From Bacillota bacterium (GTDB lineage: Bacteria; Bacillota; Clostridia; Acetivibrionales; DSM-1351), in NCBI GenBank assembly GCA_023436485.1, contig JAEZIU010000142.1, positions 5,387 through 69,386 on the forward strand: DNA of 64,000 nt. The letters run 5' to 3'. This document shows, piece by piece, positions 8,924 through 19,734 of the stretch; positions within the stretch are counted from its first letter, which is position 1, and each line of letters opens with the position of its first letter. A model generated the notes under the pieces. That model worked only from the letters and a program-made list of their open reading frames with translations. It ran no database searches and was not told the DNA's origin. A program made the translations under genes and the position numbers.

Positions 8924-10060
8924 ATGAAAAAGGTATTATTAAAGAAATTCAATTTTAATAATAAAGATATAGTTTTTAATGAAGGTGAGAACTATATAAT
9001 TGGTCCAAATGCTTCTGGAAAGACAACATTATTTTATTTAATGCAATATTGTTTGGGACTAAAAAAATCAATGCCTAGATTACTTACATCATCTTTTACT
9101 AATAATTTATCACTTGATGTGAGTTTTGAAAATAAACTAATTCATATAACAAGACAAATTGGATCAGATAATATTATTTTTGATGGGGACATTAGAGATA
9201 AAATAAAGGCATCTTCACTATCACTTGGTGACATTTATAATGAATTATTACAACCTAACATTGATAAAGATGAAGATAGGATGGCAGCAATTGAAATCCT
9301 AAAGTTAACATTTGGAGGGGAGAATACCTCACGTCCATTCAAAGAGACAAATATTTTTAAAAAGATTTTAGGAATAAATATTATGTTACCTATTCAAATA
9401 AAAAAGGAAATTGATAAGTTTAAGGAAGAAATTGAACTTGAAAATGCTACTAGGCGTACATTACAGAACTATATTAATAGAGTTGTGTTAGACCTAAAAA
9501 ATGAAAAGGATAAGGTTAGTGATATTGAATATGTTGTTAATATATTAAACAAACAATTTCTTACTATATGTAATGAGGTACTACATAAAAATTTGTTACT
9601 TGAAGAAGCAGAGGCATCCTTACAGAGCGTGAATTTACATAACGAAGAACTGTTTTTTGAAAGAACAAGGATAATACAACCACTTTTTTATAGAATAACA
9701 ACTGAATTGGGTATAGCACACACTGTGAATATATGTAATATATTTAATGGTAAAGAACTAATGAATTTTTCAGGTGGCGAAATTATGTTATTAAATCTTG
9801 CTGCATTGATTATTTTATGTCGTTTTGATGAATACGATTGGCATAATGGATGTGGACTACTTGTTAACGATACTCCACACTTCGAAATAAGCAATAATTA
9901 TTTTGAAGACCGTTATAGAAAGATTATTTCTGAGGAATGTAAGTCTGGAAAATTACAGTATATTGAATTTAGATATGATAAAAAAAGCATTAATAATAAT
10001 GCGATAGTACTAGAATTAGATGGCAGGGGGTTTCTATATGGAAAAGAAGCCTTTGCTTAA
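8924..10060 (+). CDS. Short SMC-like/ABC ATPase
   Basis: GPNASGKT Walker A, short coiled coil, FSGGE signature, LLVNDTP Walker B, LQYIEF. Confidence 0.7.
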   Translation: MKKVLLKKFNFNNKDIVFNEGENYIIGPNASGKTTLFYLMQYCLGLKKSMPRLLTSSFTNNLSLDVSFENKLIHITRQIGSDNIIFDGDIRDKIKASSLSLGDIYNELLQPNIDKDEDRMAAIEILKLTFGGENTSRPFKETNIFKKILGINIMLPIQIKKEIDKFKEEIELENATRRTLQNYINRVVLDLKNEKDKVSDIEYVVNILNKQFLTICNEVLHKNLLLEEAEASLQSVNLHNEELFFERTRIIQPLFYRITTELGIAHTVNICNIFNGKELMNFSGGEIMLLNLAALIILCRFDEYDWHNGCGLLVNDTPHFEISNNYFEDRYRKIISEECKSGKLQYIEFRYDKKSINNNAIVLELDGRGFLYGKEAFA

Positions 10061-10817
10061 GTTTTCGTTTATTTTACCGCTATTAAGCTTAATTGTGTCA
10101 ACAGTTGTGCTATTATTTGGAAATAACATAGTCGATAGATTTACTGGACCCAATATTACTATGAATTCAACTAAGGTTAATTTGAACTACCCAAAAGATA
10201 TGACCCAAGCATTAAAAGAATATGCTGCAAATAACAATGTATCATATTTTCCAGATAGCTATGTAATTATTACAATAATGAACAAAGGGTTTATAGCTTC
10301 AAAAAATGCCAATATTCAAATAAAAGTTGGTGGAGAGATTTATGATTTATCATTTTTTAGTACGGAAAATGTGACCGAGAATAAACGGATAGATGATTCA
10401 ACTTATAACATTCAGGTTCCAAGATTATCAAAAAATGCATATATTGAACTCAAAGTTTGGATAAAGGATAACAAACAGCCGATAAGTATAATTTATGCAG
10501 ATGAATTTAATAGCAGGCAATTAGTTCAGAGTAATTCATCAAGTGAAACGTTACCGATAATCACAATACTAATGCTTGCGATAATAATTATGTCTTTGAT
10601 TTTCTTAGCAAAGCGTATGATTGAGAAGTTTATTACTTATATGGAGAATAAAAGAATTCAACAAGACTGTGACTTTCTTATTAAATTAAGTGAGATGTTT
10701 GATGAAAAAGAGCAGGAAGAAGATTTGACATTAATTGATGAATCAAATTCCGATGGTAGTAGTGAAAAAACACAAGAGAGGTTAAAGAATCTTATTCGGA
10801 AAGCAAGAGAAGTTTAG
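10038..10817 (+). CDS. Two-TM membrane protein with a beta-rich middle domain and acidic/charged tail
   Basis: Hydrophobic segments FSFILPLLSLIVSTVVLLF and LPIITILMLAIIIMSLIFL; overlaps the upstream ATPase gene. Confidence 0.6.
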   Translation: MEKKPLLKFSFILPLLSLIVSTVVLLFGNNIVDRFTGPNITMNSTKVNLNYPKDMTQALKEYAANNNVSYFPDSYVIITIMNKGFIASKNANIQIKVGGEIYDLSFFSTENVTENKRIDDSTYNIQVPRLSKNAYIELKVWIKDNKQPISIIYADEFNSRQLVQSNSSSETLPIITILMLAIIIMSLIFLAKRMIEKFITYMENKRIQQDCDFLIKLSEMFDEKEQEEDLTLIDESNSDGSSEKTQERLKNLIRKAREV

Positions 10818-11004
10818 AATACTGCGAATAAAAGAGAATTTGTATAATATATATTAAATAAATAGGATGGTCGTTATGACAAATTTTAACTTAAGTGAAT
10901 ATAAAAAATTATTGTTGGAGAATTAATTGACGGAAAAAGGATTATAAAAATAGGAGACGAAGAATTCTTAATTCAATTATAACCTTCATTGAAGCATGAA
11001 ACTT

Positions 11005-11135
11005 ATTCTCAAACTTTTCGAGATTAACAGCCGTATTCTCAAACTATTTGAGATGCATTCTCAATTTTAGTGAGATTAAGCTATTAAAAATAAGCGTTTT
11101 GGGCATTCCATTCTCAAACTTTATGGGAACTTACA
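11005..11135. repeat. Element 1 terminus with four TnsB-binding-site-like repeats
   Basis: ATTCTCAAACTTTTCGAGATT (11005), ATTCTCAAACTATTTGAGATG (11035), ATTCTCAATTTTAGTGAGATT (11057), ATTCTCAAACTTTATGGGAAC (11110), then TTACA. Confidence 0.8.
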
Positions 11136-11140
11136 GTTCG

Positions 11141-11210
11141 TGTTGAGGAATCATAAAAAAGTTTTAGAATTAATAATAAAGTTGTAGAATTTATAATAAA
11201 GTTTTATAAC
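11141..11210 (+). repeat. Element 2 tnsA-proximal end: TGT plus three contiguous 20-bp TnsB sites
   Basis: TCATAAAAAAGTTTTAGAAT / TAATAATAAAGTTGTAGAAT / TTATAATAAAGTTTTATAAC, similar to the Tn7 ACAATAAAGT site core. Confidence 0.85.
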
Positions 11211-11299
11211 TAAAAATACTAGTGGGATAATATAAAAAGAGAATTTACATCTTGCGCTGTAAATGAATAATATATAAAAAGAAAAATTTAAGTCAAATG

Positions 11300-11321
11300 T
11301 GCCCTCGAAAGAGGGCATTTT
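11300..11321 (+). terminator. Rho-independent terminator-like hairpin
   Basis: TGCCCTC-GAAA-GAGGGCA followed by TTTT. Confidence 0.55.
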
Positions 11322-11616
11322 CAATAAGATTAAATTTAATAAATGGAAAGGTAAAAAATATGTAGACTATGGTGACTTCAGACTCAATGTCTAAAATTAG
11401 AACAAATAAAACGGGTACAACTGTAAATTCTTAACGTAGTAAATAATTTCTTACAAAATAAGGATGAAAAAATATCAAAAATCAATGGTATCATTCTAGC
11501 ATATATTGTACAAAAATTATTTACAGTCCCGTCCCAGAAAAATAGGACATACCGCCATACATCAAGGAATGATAACATTTACCTCAGTATTACCGTTATG
11601 ATACTTTTGAAAATCA

Positions 11617-12939
11617 TTAAATCTTACTATTTACAATAGCAAAAATTGTACTAATTATTGCAAAAACAGCACTAATTACAGTAAATATAATAATTATTCT
11701 ATTAATCTTTTCTTGGTATTTAAACAAAATATCATTCTCTGTTAATTGAAGTATATTTATAAGTTTTTCTTTATCATTGTAATATTTCATATTTTCTAAT
11801 AATAATTCTCCTAAACCTTCCACCTTAAATAAAAATTTAAATTCGAGTTTCTTAAGGACTTCTATTATCTCCTCTCTGTTTTTTTTTAGATTAAGTATTT
11901 CAATTTTCAAACGGTTTTTATGGTAATCTTTCTTTTTTACCCTATTATTGTCTTTTATTATTTTTTGAAGATTACTTTTTAATATTAATGCCATTTCTAC
12001 AGTGTACAAAATACCATGATTTAATCCAGCGATATTAGGGTTATACATATAATACTGTTCGATATAATCAAAATAATTTTTCCTAAAATTTCTTTGATAC
12101 TCCCTGTAGTTTTTAGCCTCAGGGGAATTTACAAGGTTAAAAACTATACAACTATCCAGATGGGGGAATACCCTTAAGAATTCTCTTGTAGTCCAAGCTA
12201 TATTAAGTTTGCTTTTAACCTTATCCGTTGGGATAAAAGCCCAACCCTCGTCGCAAGTCAACAATCCATATAGTGGTTTCAAAACCATTATGTCATTAAA
12301 ATCTACATTTAAACCACCAAAGTCATTAATCTCTAAAATTGTATATGGTATGTCGACAGTTTCGTATTTATTTGAGAAAATTCCTGAAATATTTGAATAT
12401 CTTTCAAATATTTCTTTGATTGAAATTTTACATTTTTCTATTTTATTGGATTTAATTAAATCAATTTTAATATCTTTATAGAAGCATTGCCTTAAATATA
12501 TAAGTTTCTCAATGGTAAAATCCTTTAATTTAAAACAAATCATTAGAGAGCAAGTAGGAACTTCAGGAAATTGTGAAAGGATCACGCTGCAAAAAATCTT
12601 CTTTTTCTCACCTAATTCACTAATGCAAAGTTCCAATGAGTCTAATTCAAATCTTTTTATATTATTTACCTTTTTACGGTAATAAAATTCATCTGTGATG
12701 GAAAACATATATGAATTTGATATATTACATTTGTCTGGTTCCAAATCTTTACAAAAATACTCACAATCGTATTTATTTGCTATATCGCATTTGTCCTTAA
12801 TATATTCTTTGTCACATATTTTCTTGATTTCTATTTCATTTAAATGGTTGAAATTATTTTTTAAGTTCGCATTATAAGGCAAAGTGTATATGTGCATAAA
12901 ATCAATCTTAACTTCTTTGATAATTGAAATATTAGTCAT
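11617..12939 (-). CDS. Hypothetical protein with coiled coil and single C-terminal TM helix
   Basis: 440-aa ORF with GGAGGT RBS before ATG 12939; C-terminal INRIIIIFTVISAVFAIISTIFAIV. Confidence 0.7.
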   Translation of the reverse strand: MTNISIIKEVKIDFMHIYTLPYNANLKNNFNHLNEIEIKKICDKEYIKDKCDIANKYDCEYFCKDLEPDKCNISNSYMFSITDEFYYRKKVNNIKRFELDSLELCISELGEKKKIFCSVILSQFPEVPTCSLMICFKLKDFTIEKLIYLRQCFYKDIKIDLIKSNKIEKCKISIKEIFERYSNISGIFSNKYETVDIPYTILEINDFGGLNVDFNDIMVLKPLYGLLTCDEGWAFIPTDKVKSKLNIAWTTREFLRVFPHLDSCIVFNLVNSPEAKNYREYQRNFRKNYFDYIEQYYMYNPNIAGLNHGILYTVEMALILKSNLQKIIKDNNRVKKKDYHKNRLKIEILNLKKNREEIIEVLKKLEFKFLFKVEGLGELLLENMKYYNDKEKLINILQLTENDILFKYQEKINRIIIIFTVISAVFAIISTIFAIVNSKI

Positions 12940-13121
12940 CTTTACCTCCAAATACTATTTCTATGGTATAAATGGTATAATATGTTACAGATGTAGTCAA
13001 GTAACCGACTATAATTAAATTCAATAAACAAGATACTCTATTACATAGATATCTTATTGTAGAAATTTGTTAGTAGTGTATATGAGTTTTTGATAATTTT
13101 AATATTAGGAGAGGTACTAAA

Positions 13122-13961
13122 GTGAGTAAGTATAACCTTAATTGGGATGAAAATAAATTAAAAAAATATATTAGCGAGGGACGGGGGCAAGGTGTAGGGA
13201 AAGACTACAAGCCATGGATTACTATACATGACTTCCCTTCTGGCGGCTTTAGCTCAAGGCAGCCTGGTTGGAAATCTAATCGAGTCTGCCATTTTTTGTC
13301 TAATAACGAGTTGAGATACTTCTATTTACTTGAATGGGCCGATGATGTAACAGATATTCGAGAGCAATACCCCATGAATCTGGAGGATACTATGAGGATT
13401 GCGGACAAGCTTGGTATTAAGCATCCGCAGAATAATAAGAACGATGTCCCCTATGTAATGACATCTGATTTTATGATAACAGTTGTCAATCAGGATGGTA
13501 AAGAAACAAGCATCGCCAGAACAATTAAACTGGCAAAGGACCTTGAAAAGAAAAGTGTAATCGAACACTTTGAAATAGAACGGAGATATTGGTCAGAAAA
13601 AGAAATAAGTTGGGGAATCGTCACAGACAAGGACATACCGAGGATTTTTGTTTCCAATATTGAATGGACCTATTATTCATATTATCCGGATTCATATAAC
13701 GATGTGGGAATAAAGGAACTTCAATACTTAGGAGAAATATTAAAAGCAAGGCTGGAAAAATATGATGGTAAAATAGTTCATGCTGCAAGGGCTTTTGATA
13801 ATGAAATGAACCTGACACCAGGTACGGCACTGGACATTTTTAAGCATCTTGTGGCAAGAAAAGAGATAATCATGGATATGCGGTCAAAACGCTGCATTGA
13901 AAACGCTACGAGTAGTATAGTGAAGATTATTAAGAAAGATGATAGGATGGCTGCAATATGA
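13122..13961 (+). CDS. tnsA: Tn7-type TnsA endonuclease
   Basis: EGRGQG.GKDYKPW, HFLSNNE, DIREQYP, VMTSDF, ARTIK motifs. Confidence 0.92.
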   Translation: MSKYNLNWDENKLKKYISEGRGQGVGKDYKPWITIHDFPSGGFSSRQPGWKSNRVCHFLSNNELRYFYLLEWADDVTDIREQYPMNLEDTMRIADKLGIKHPQNNKNDVPYVMTSDFMITVVNQDGKETSIARTIKLAKDLEKKSVIEHFEIERRYWSEKEISWGIVTDKDIPRIFVSNIEWTYYSYYPDSYNDVGIKELQYLGEILKARLEKYDGKIVHAARAFDNEMNLTPGTALDIFKHLVARKEIIMDMRSKRCIENATSSIVKIIKKDDRMAAI

Positions 13962-16151
13962 AAGAGATATTAAATGTCAATGAGCTGATTACATGGAATC
14001 CTGGTCTGGAAAATGAACATACTGATAGGATACCTTTGGATAGAAGCAGGTGGTTTTTTACTTTATGTGATTGATGCTTTTTCAAAACAGGGACTTCCTG
14101 TATCAAAGAGAATCAGCGATGTATTAAATGCCATCGAGACCGGTGATGCGATAAAACGTCAGGACGATCCGTTAATAAGGGTTTTAAGTGAGGACAGTAT
14201 AAAGGAATCGGACAAGCAAAAAAGAGACAAAGCGTGGAGTATTATTTCAGATATAGTTAAATATGAAAATGAGCCGGATATATATGACCGTGACAAGCGT
14301 GGGTCGTGGGTAGCAGAAGCAGTTGTGAAGCATGGTGTCACATATTCTACTGTTTACAAATATCTTAGAAGGTTTTGGCAGAGAGGTAAAAGTAAAAATG
14401 CTCTTTTACCGGATTACTATAATTCAGGTGGCAGAGGCAAAAGAAAAACTCTGGGGACTAAGAAAATCGGACGTCCCAGAAAAAATATTGATGTAAACGG
14501 GCCTGGAATTAACGTTGATGAGGCAACCAAAAGGATATTCAGGATTGCTGTTAGCAAATACTATGATACACATAAAGAGAATTTTTTAACTACTGCCTAT
14601 AATCTTATGGTAAAGGAATTTTACAAGGAGGATTACCGCTTTGAGGATGGTATCCGCAAACCGACCATAATACCCCTTGGTCAGATCCCTACTATTACAC
14701 AATTCAGGTATTGGTATGAGGTTGAGCAGGATATTAAAAAATCCTTAGAAAAGAAAAAGGGCAAAAAGAAGTATGCATTAAAGCATAGAGCTGTTCTTGG
14801 AAAGTCGGATGCTGAGGTTATCGGTCCAGGATCAAAGTATCAGATTGATGCTACTATTGCTGATGTTTATCTGGTTTCCAGGTTTAACAGAACATGGATT
14901 ATCGGACGACCTGTAATTTATGCAATAATAGATTGTTTTTCAAGGATGGTAGTAGGTATATATGTCGGGTTGGAGGGTCCATCGTGGATCGGAGCCATGA
15001 TGGCACTCGCCAACGCCTTTACAGATAAGGTGAACTACTGCCGGGAATATGGGATTAATATTTCTCAGGAAGATTGGCCATGCAACCATATTCCCCTTGC
15101 CATACTAGGTGATAGGGGTGAAATGGAGAGCAGACATGCGGATACCTTGGTAAATGGCCTTGGAATACGAATAGAGAATACTCCATCCTATAGAGCTGAC
15201 TGGAAGGGTATTATTGAGCAATATTTTAATTTGCTTGATGAAAAGGTTAAGCCTCTTGAACCCGGGCACATTGATATCTCCTTCAGAGAACGAGGAGGGA
15301 TAGATTACAGGCTGGATGCGAAGCTTGATATCTATCAGTTTACGCAAATTATTATTAACTGTGTTTTGCATCACAATAATCAGCACTGGATGAAAAAATA
15401 CAGCATGGGTGAAATGATGATTGAGGATGATATAGATCCTATTCCCAAAAATCTCTGGGAATGGGGTATTAGCAATAGGTCAGGTAAACTGAGGACTTAT
15501 CCGGAAGATATAGTAAAATTGAATCTTATGCCTGCGGATGTGGCGACAGTAACAGAAAAGGGCTTAAAATTTAAAAATATGCTGTATAGCAGCCAAACCC
15601 TTATCACGGACCGATGGTTCGAAATAGCAAGGAATAAGAGAAGCTGGAAGGAAAACATAGCATATGACCCACGGAATATGAACTTTGTTTATATTAAAAC
15701 AGATAACAACAAAGGCTTTATCAAGTGTGAAATGCTTGACAAGAGATTGTACGATAATAAAACTCTGGATGAAATAGATTACCTAAATGCATATCAGAAG
15801 CTTAAATTGGACAGAAATCAGGAAAGCATCCTGCAGTCGGAGGTAGACTTCTTTACTAAAATAGAAACCATAGTAAATGAAGCTGATAAAATGACGACTG
15901 AGCAGAGGGACAAGACAGTAAGTAATGCTTCGAGAACAAAGAATATCAGACAAAAGAGACATTTAGAAAGAAATGACGAAAAAACAAAAAATGCATTTAT
16001 ATTGGCTGTTGAAAATGAACTCCCAAAAGAAGATACTTCTCAAAAGGTTATACCAATAAATGGAGTACAGGGTGAGAGATATAAATATCCCAGTAATATT
16101 GAATATTTGAGAAAAAAGCAAAAGGAAAGAATGGAAAAAAGAGATGAGTAA
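13958..16151 (+). pseudogene. tnsB: Tn7-type TnsB transposase with a +1 frameshift near codon 26
   Basis: ATGA overlap with tnsA at 13958 reads MKEILNVNELITW...DRI; an extra base at ~14033 shifts to LWIE in another frame. The downstream frame has YQIDATIAD, GRPVIY, GDRGE, KGIIEQYF. An internal restart at 14013 cannot be excluded. Confidence 0.8.
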
Positions 16152-17805
16152 AGATCCAAACACTGGCGAGATAGTAGAAGCAAAATATTCCGAGCAAGTA
16201 CTGAAGGAATATTCAAATAATCCTTTAATTGAGGCGTTACCTCCAATATGGAGTTTTGAACAGGTTGAAGAGCTTATGCATTTTTATCCCGAGCATACAG
16301 ATGATGAACGGTACATGGAGCCTCATATCAGGTTCCATTTTGTCCAACGTCTGTTCAGCTATTTTCAGCCTTGGAGTACCCACTTTGATATTGAACAGAG
16401 GATTTCAAGGGTAATAAGGCAGGGATATATTTCACGGAACCCGCTTAAACAGAATTATGCAGGGGATTTACAAAAAATATACCAGATGATAAAGGATGGC
16501 AATTATGAATTTAAAAATTCCGAGCTTTCAAGGCCTTCAGCATCAGGTTTCACAATAATAGGTTTTTCAGGTATGGGTAAATCTTCAGCGGTAGAAAATA
16601 TATTAAACAGGTATCCTCAGATTATTCTTCACGAAAAATATAATGATTTGGAGTTTGATCATAAGCAACTTGTATGGCTGAAGCTGGACTGTCCCCATGA
16701 TGGTGGAGTAAAGGGACTGTGTGCTGACTTTTTTATGGAATTTGATAAGTTAATGGGAGACTGTACATACAGTAAGTTTGCAGCCGGTAGAAATACAACG
16801 ACTGCCACAATGATTCCACGAATGGCTCAGATAGCAAGACGGCACAGCTTGGGATTGCTTATTATTGATGAAATACAGCATCTCAGTGTGGCAAAAAGTG
16901 GCGGTCAGGAAAAGATGCTCAATTTTTTCGTGAACTTAGTGAATACCATTGGAATTCCGGTAATCCTAATTGGAACTACCAAGGCAATGTCAGTATTGCA
17001 GAGTGAATTCAGACAAGCCAGACGCGGAAGCGGACATCAGGGAGACCTTGTTTGGGAGAACCTTGAAAAGGATGAAATATGAGATTTGCTTGTAGAAGGA
17101 ATGTGGAGATATCAGTGGACCCTGTATAAGTGCAATTTGACAAAGGAGCTTAAGGACACTCTGCATGAAGAAAGTCAGGGGATTGTCGATATAGCCGTAA
17201 AGCTTTATGCTATGGTGCAAATGCGAGCCATAGCCACAGGTGAAGAAGCAATAACACCTGACCTGATTAGGCAGGTAGCCAAGGATAATCTTAAACTGGT
17301 TAAGCCAATGCTTGATGCATTACGGTCCGGGAATCAGCAAGAAATAAATAGGTACGAAGATATAAGACCTATAGACCTTGAACAATTCTGTAGCAAGCAA
17401 CTAAAGGAATTAAATCTGAATATGCTTATTAAGCAGAAGCAAAATAAAACTGTACAACTGGAAAATGAAAAGGACAGGATTTTTGAGGAGGTTGTACTGA
17501 AGCTTGTAGACTTCAATATTGAGCCTGATAGGGCTAAAAATATTACAAGGAATGTTATAAAATCCTTTCAGGGTACACAAAATGCTGATAATATTTTTAA
17601 GGAGGCAATGCTGATTATTTTGCAGCAAACTGCAGATAATAAGACTGTTACAAGAAAGGTAACGGCTAAAAGCATTAATAAAGATAATAATGATTTGAGA
17701 GTAATTATAGAAAAAGGCAGAAAAGACAGTAAATCTGCATATGAGGCATTAGATGCCGAGGGGATCATAATAAAACCGGTTGAGGAATTTACTTTAACGG
17801 GATGA
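16144..17805 (+). pseudogene. tnsC: TnsC AAA+ ATPase interrupted by a nonsense codon
   Basis: GFSGMGKS and LIIDEIQH motifs; in-frame TGA at 17080-17082 (DEI*DLLVEGMW, probably TGG originally); the same frame continues to 17805. Confidence 0.9.
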
Positions 17806-17807
17806 TT

Positions 17808-19699
17808 ATGCTTGAACCACTTCCCTACTCCGTATCCGGATGAATTGTTATATAGTATTTTGGCAAGATACAATGTCAGAAGCGGTAATACAAGTGCTAA
17901 AACCACTTTAAAGGAATTATTCGGAATAAATACTATTACCGCTGTAGTGGATATGCCAAGTGATATCGACGCGTTAATATGTCGACTTCCTAAAGAGAAG
18001 AAGTTAGTTGCCGAGGCTTTAATAATGAAGAAACACACTGTTTCCCTATTATACAGCTTTTTTACCTGAACCAAGGGTATTAGCTATTAAAGCTGCTATG
18101 AGAGAAGACTGTGGAGGAAGAATTCACACAATGACCGGGATAATGGCTAGCACTATCAGTACACCACAATATCTGAGGTTTTGTCCCCAGTGTAATTTTG
18201 AAGATGAACAAAAATACGGAGAGCATTACTGGCACAGGCTTCATCAAATGCCGGGAGCAATAATCTGTCCCACTCATACTACATTAATCCAAGATAGTAC
18301 AGTTAAGCTTGATTTACAGAACAGACATGAATTTATAGCAGCAAATCGAAATAACTGTGCCAGCAATCCACCACATATAGAATTTTCGGATAAAGATATT
18401 TACAGCCTTTTGTTACTTTCCAGGGATATCGAGTGGATTGTACGAAACTACGAGCTTGTAAGGAATTATATAAAAAACCACGAAGGTACGAGAGAATGCT
18501 ATATTTCAGGACTACAAAACAAAGGCTATGCCACATCAAAAGGCAGGGTTTACCAAAAGGATTTAGTGCATGATTTTATAGGTTTCTATGGAAACGATTT
18601 TCTTGACACTATCCAATGTCAAATAAACCTTGAGAGTGATGATAACTGGCTTTCCGGCATTGTAAGAAAGCACAGAAAAGCCTTTCACTTACTAATGCAT
18701 TTACTGATCATCAGATTTTTATATGCTTCAGCTGACGCATTTATCAAAAACGATGAAAAATACGCACCGTTCGGGACGGGACCGTGGCCATGCCTGAATA
18801 CAGCATCAGATCACAATAAAGGCCTTGTAATAAATAAGGTCAAGGTCACTCATTGTTATGACACAAAGCGTCCAGTAGGAACATTTGAATGCAACTGTGG
18901 CTTTGTTTACTCCAGACGTGGACCGGATACTTCTCCAAACGATAAGTTTAAGGTTGGCAGGATTAAGAGCTTTGGATCAGTGTGGGAAAAGAAGCTCATT
19001 CAACTACTAACGAATAAAATGGGTTTAAGAGAAACTGCCCGGATTATGAAGGTTGATTCAAAAACAATTAAGCTTCAAGCCCCTAAGCTAGGGCTAAAAA
19101 CACAATGGACTTACACTGATTGCGAAAAAAATCAAGAAAAAAACGAGAATCCAAATTATTGTAACTTACAGGAATATCACAGAAATGCTTGGATTGAGGT
19201 AAAAGCAGCTTACCCTGATAAATCAAAGACCGAGCTCAGAAAGATAGCAAAATCGCATTTTATATGGCTTTATAGACATGACAGAGAATGGTTGGATATT
19301 AATTCTCCAGAGCATCAGAAACTACAGTGTACTAATGGCAGAGTTGATTGGGTTAAAAGGGATTCAGAGGTTTTACAAGAGGTGAAAAAAGCTGTTGAAG
19401 CAATACGAGATTCAAAGGAAAAGCCAGTAAAGATTTCTCTTGGCCGAATAGGAATAATTTGTGGCTTGCAGGGGTTATTGGAGAAACATCTGGATAAAAT
19501 GCCTCAGACAAAGCGTTATATAGACAAGGTCGCAGAAACTGATGACAGTTTTAGAAGAAGGAGAATAGTTTGGGCCGTACAAGAGTTGACCAATTCAGGG
19601 GAAGAACTGAAGTTATGGAAGGTTATGAGAATGGCGGGCATTCGGAAAGAGTACGAGAAACAGGCTGAGGAATGCTTGGCAGATTGTAAGTATAAATAA
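17808..19699 (+). pseudogene. tnsD: TnsD target-selection protein, frameshifted
   Basis: FPTPYPDELLYS N-terminus; frame change at AAACACACTG (18031-18040) splits the HTLFPYY motif; downstream LRFCPQC, YWHRLHQ, GPWPCLN, WLYRHDREWL, RVDW motifs. Confidence 0.88.
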
Positions 19700-19734
19700 T
19701 TGATTTTTATTAGTTTTGTGTGGGGTTAATATCA

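Larger units (their letters stand above)
1..11135. mobile_element. Tn7-like transposon, element 1 (other end outside window)
   Basis: tnsB, tnsA and tniQ/tnsD genes at 1-4027; four ~21-bp repeats at 11005-11130 ending in terminal ...TTACA at 11135. Confidence 0.8.

Noticed and set aside
10877..10982. Tiny ORF MTNFNLSEYKKLLLEN with a possible RBS
   Set aside because: Only 16 codons with no recognisable similarity; may be a gene remnant but cannot be supported
11005..11135. Spaced ~21-bp repeats as a mini CRISPR array (CAST)
   Set aside because: Gaps between repeats are irregular (about 9, 1 and 32 bp), the series ends in terminal ACA, and no cas genes are present; TnsB sites explain it better
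11384..11578. 64-aa minus-strand ORF near the element 2 end
   Set aside because: No convincing RBS or motif; likely a chance ORF
17080..17082. Programmed read-through or selenocysteine at the tnsC TGA
   Set aside because: Position fits a Trp codon mutated to TGA, and neighbouring tns genes also carry lesions
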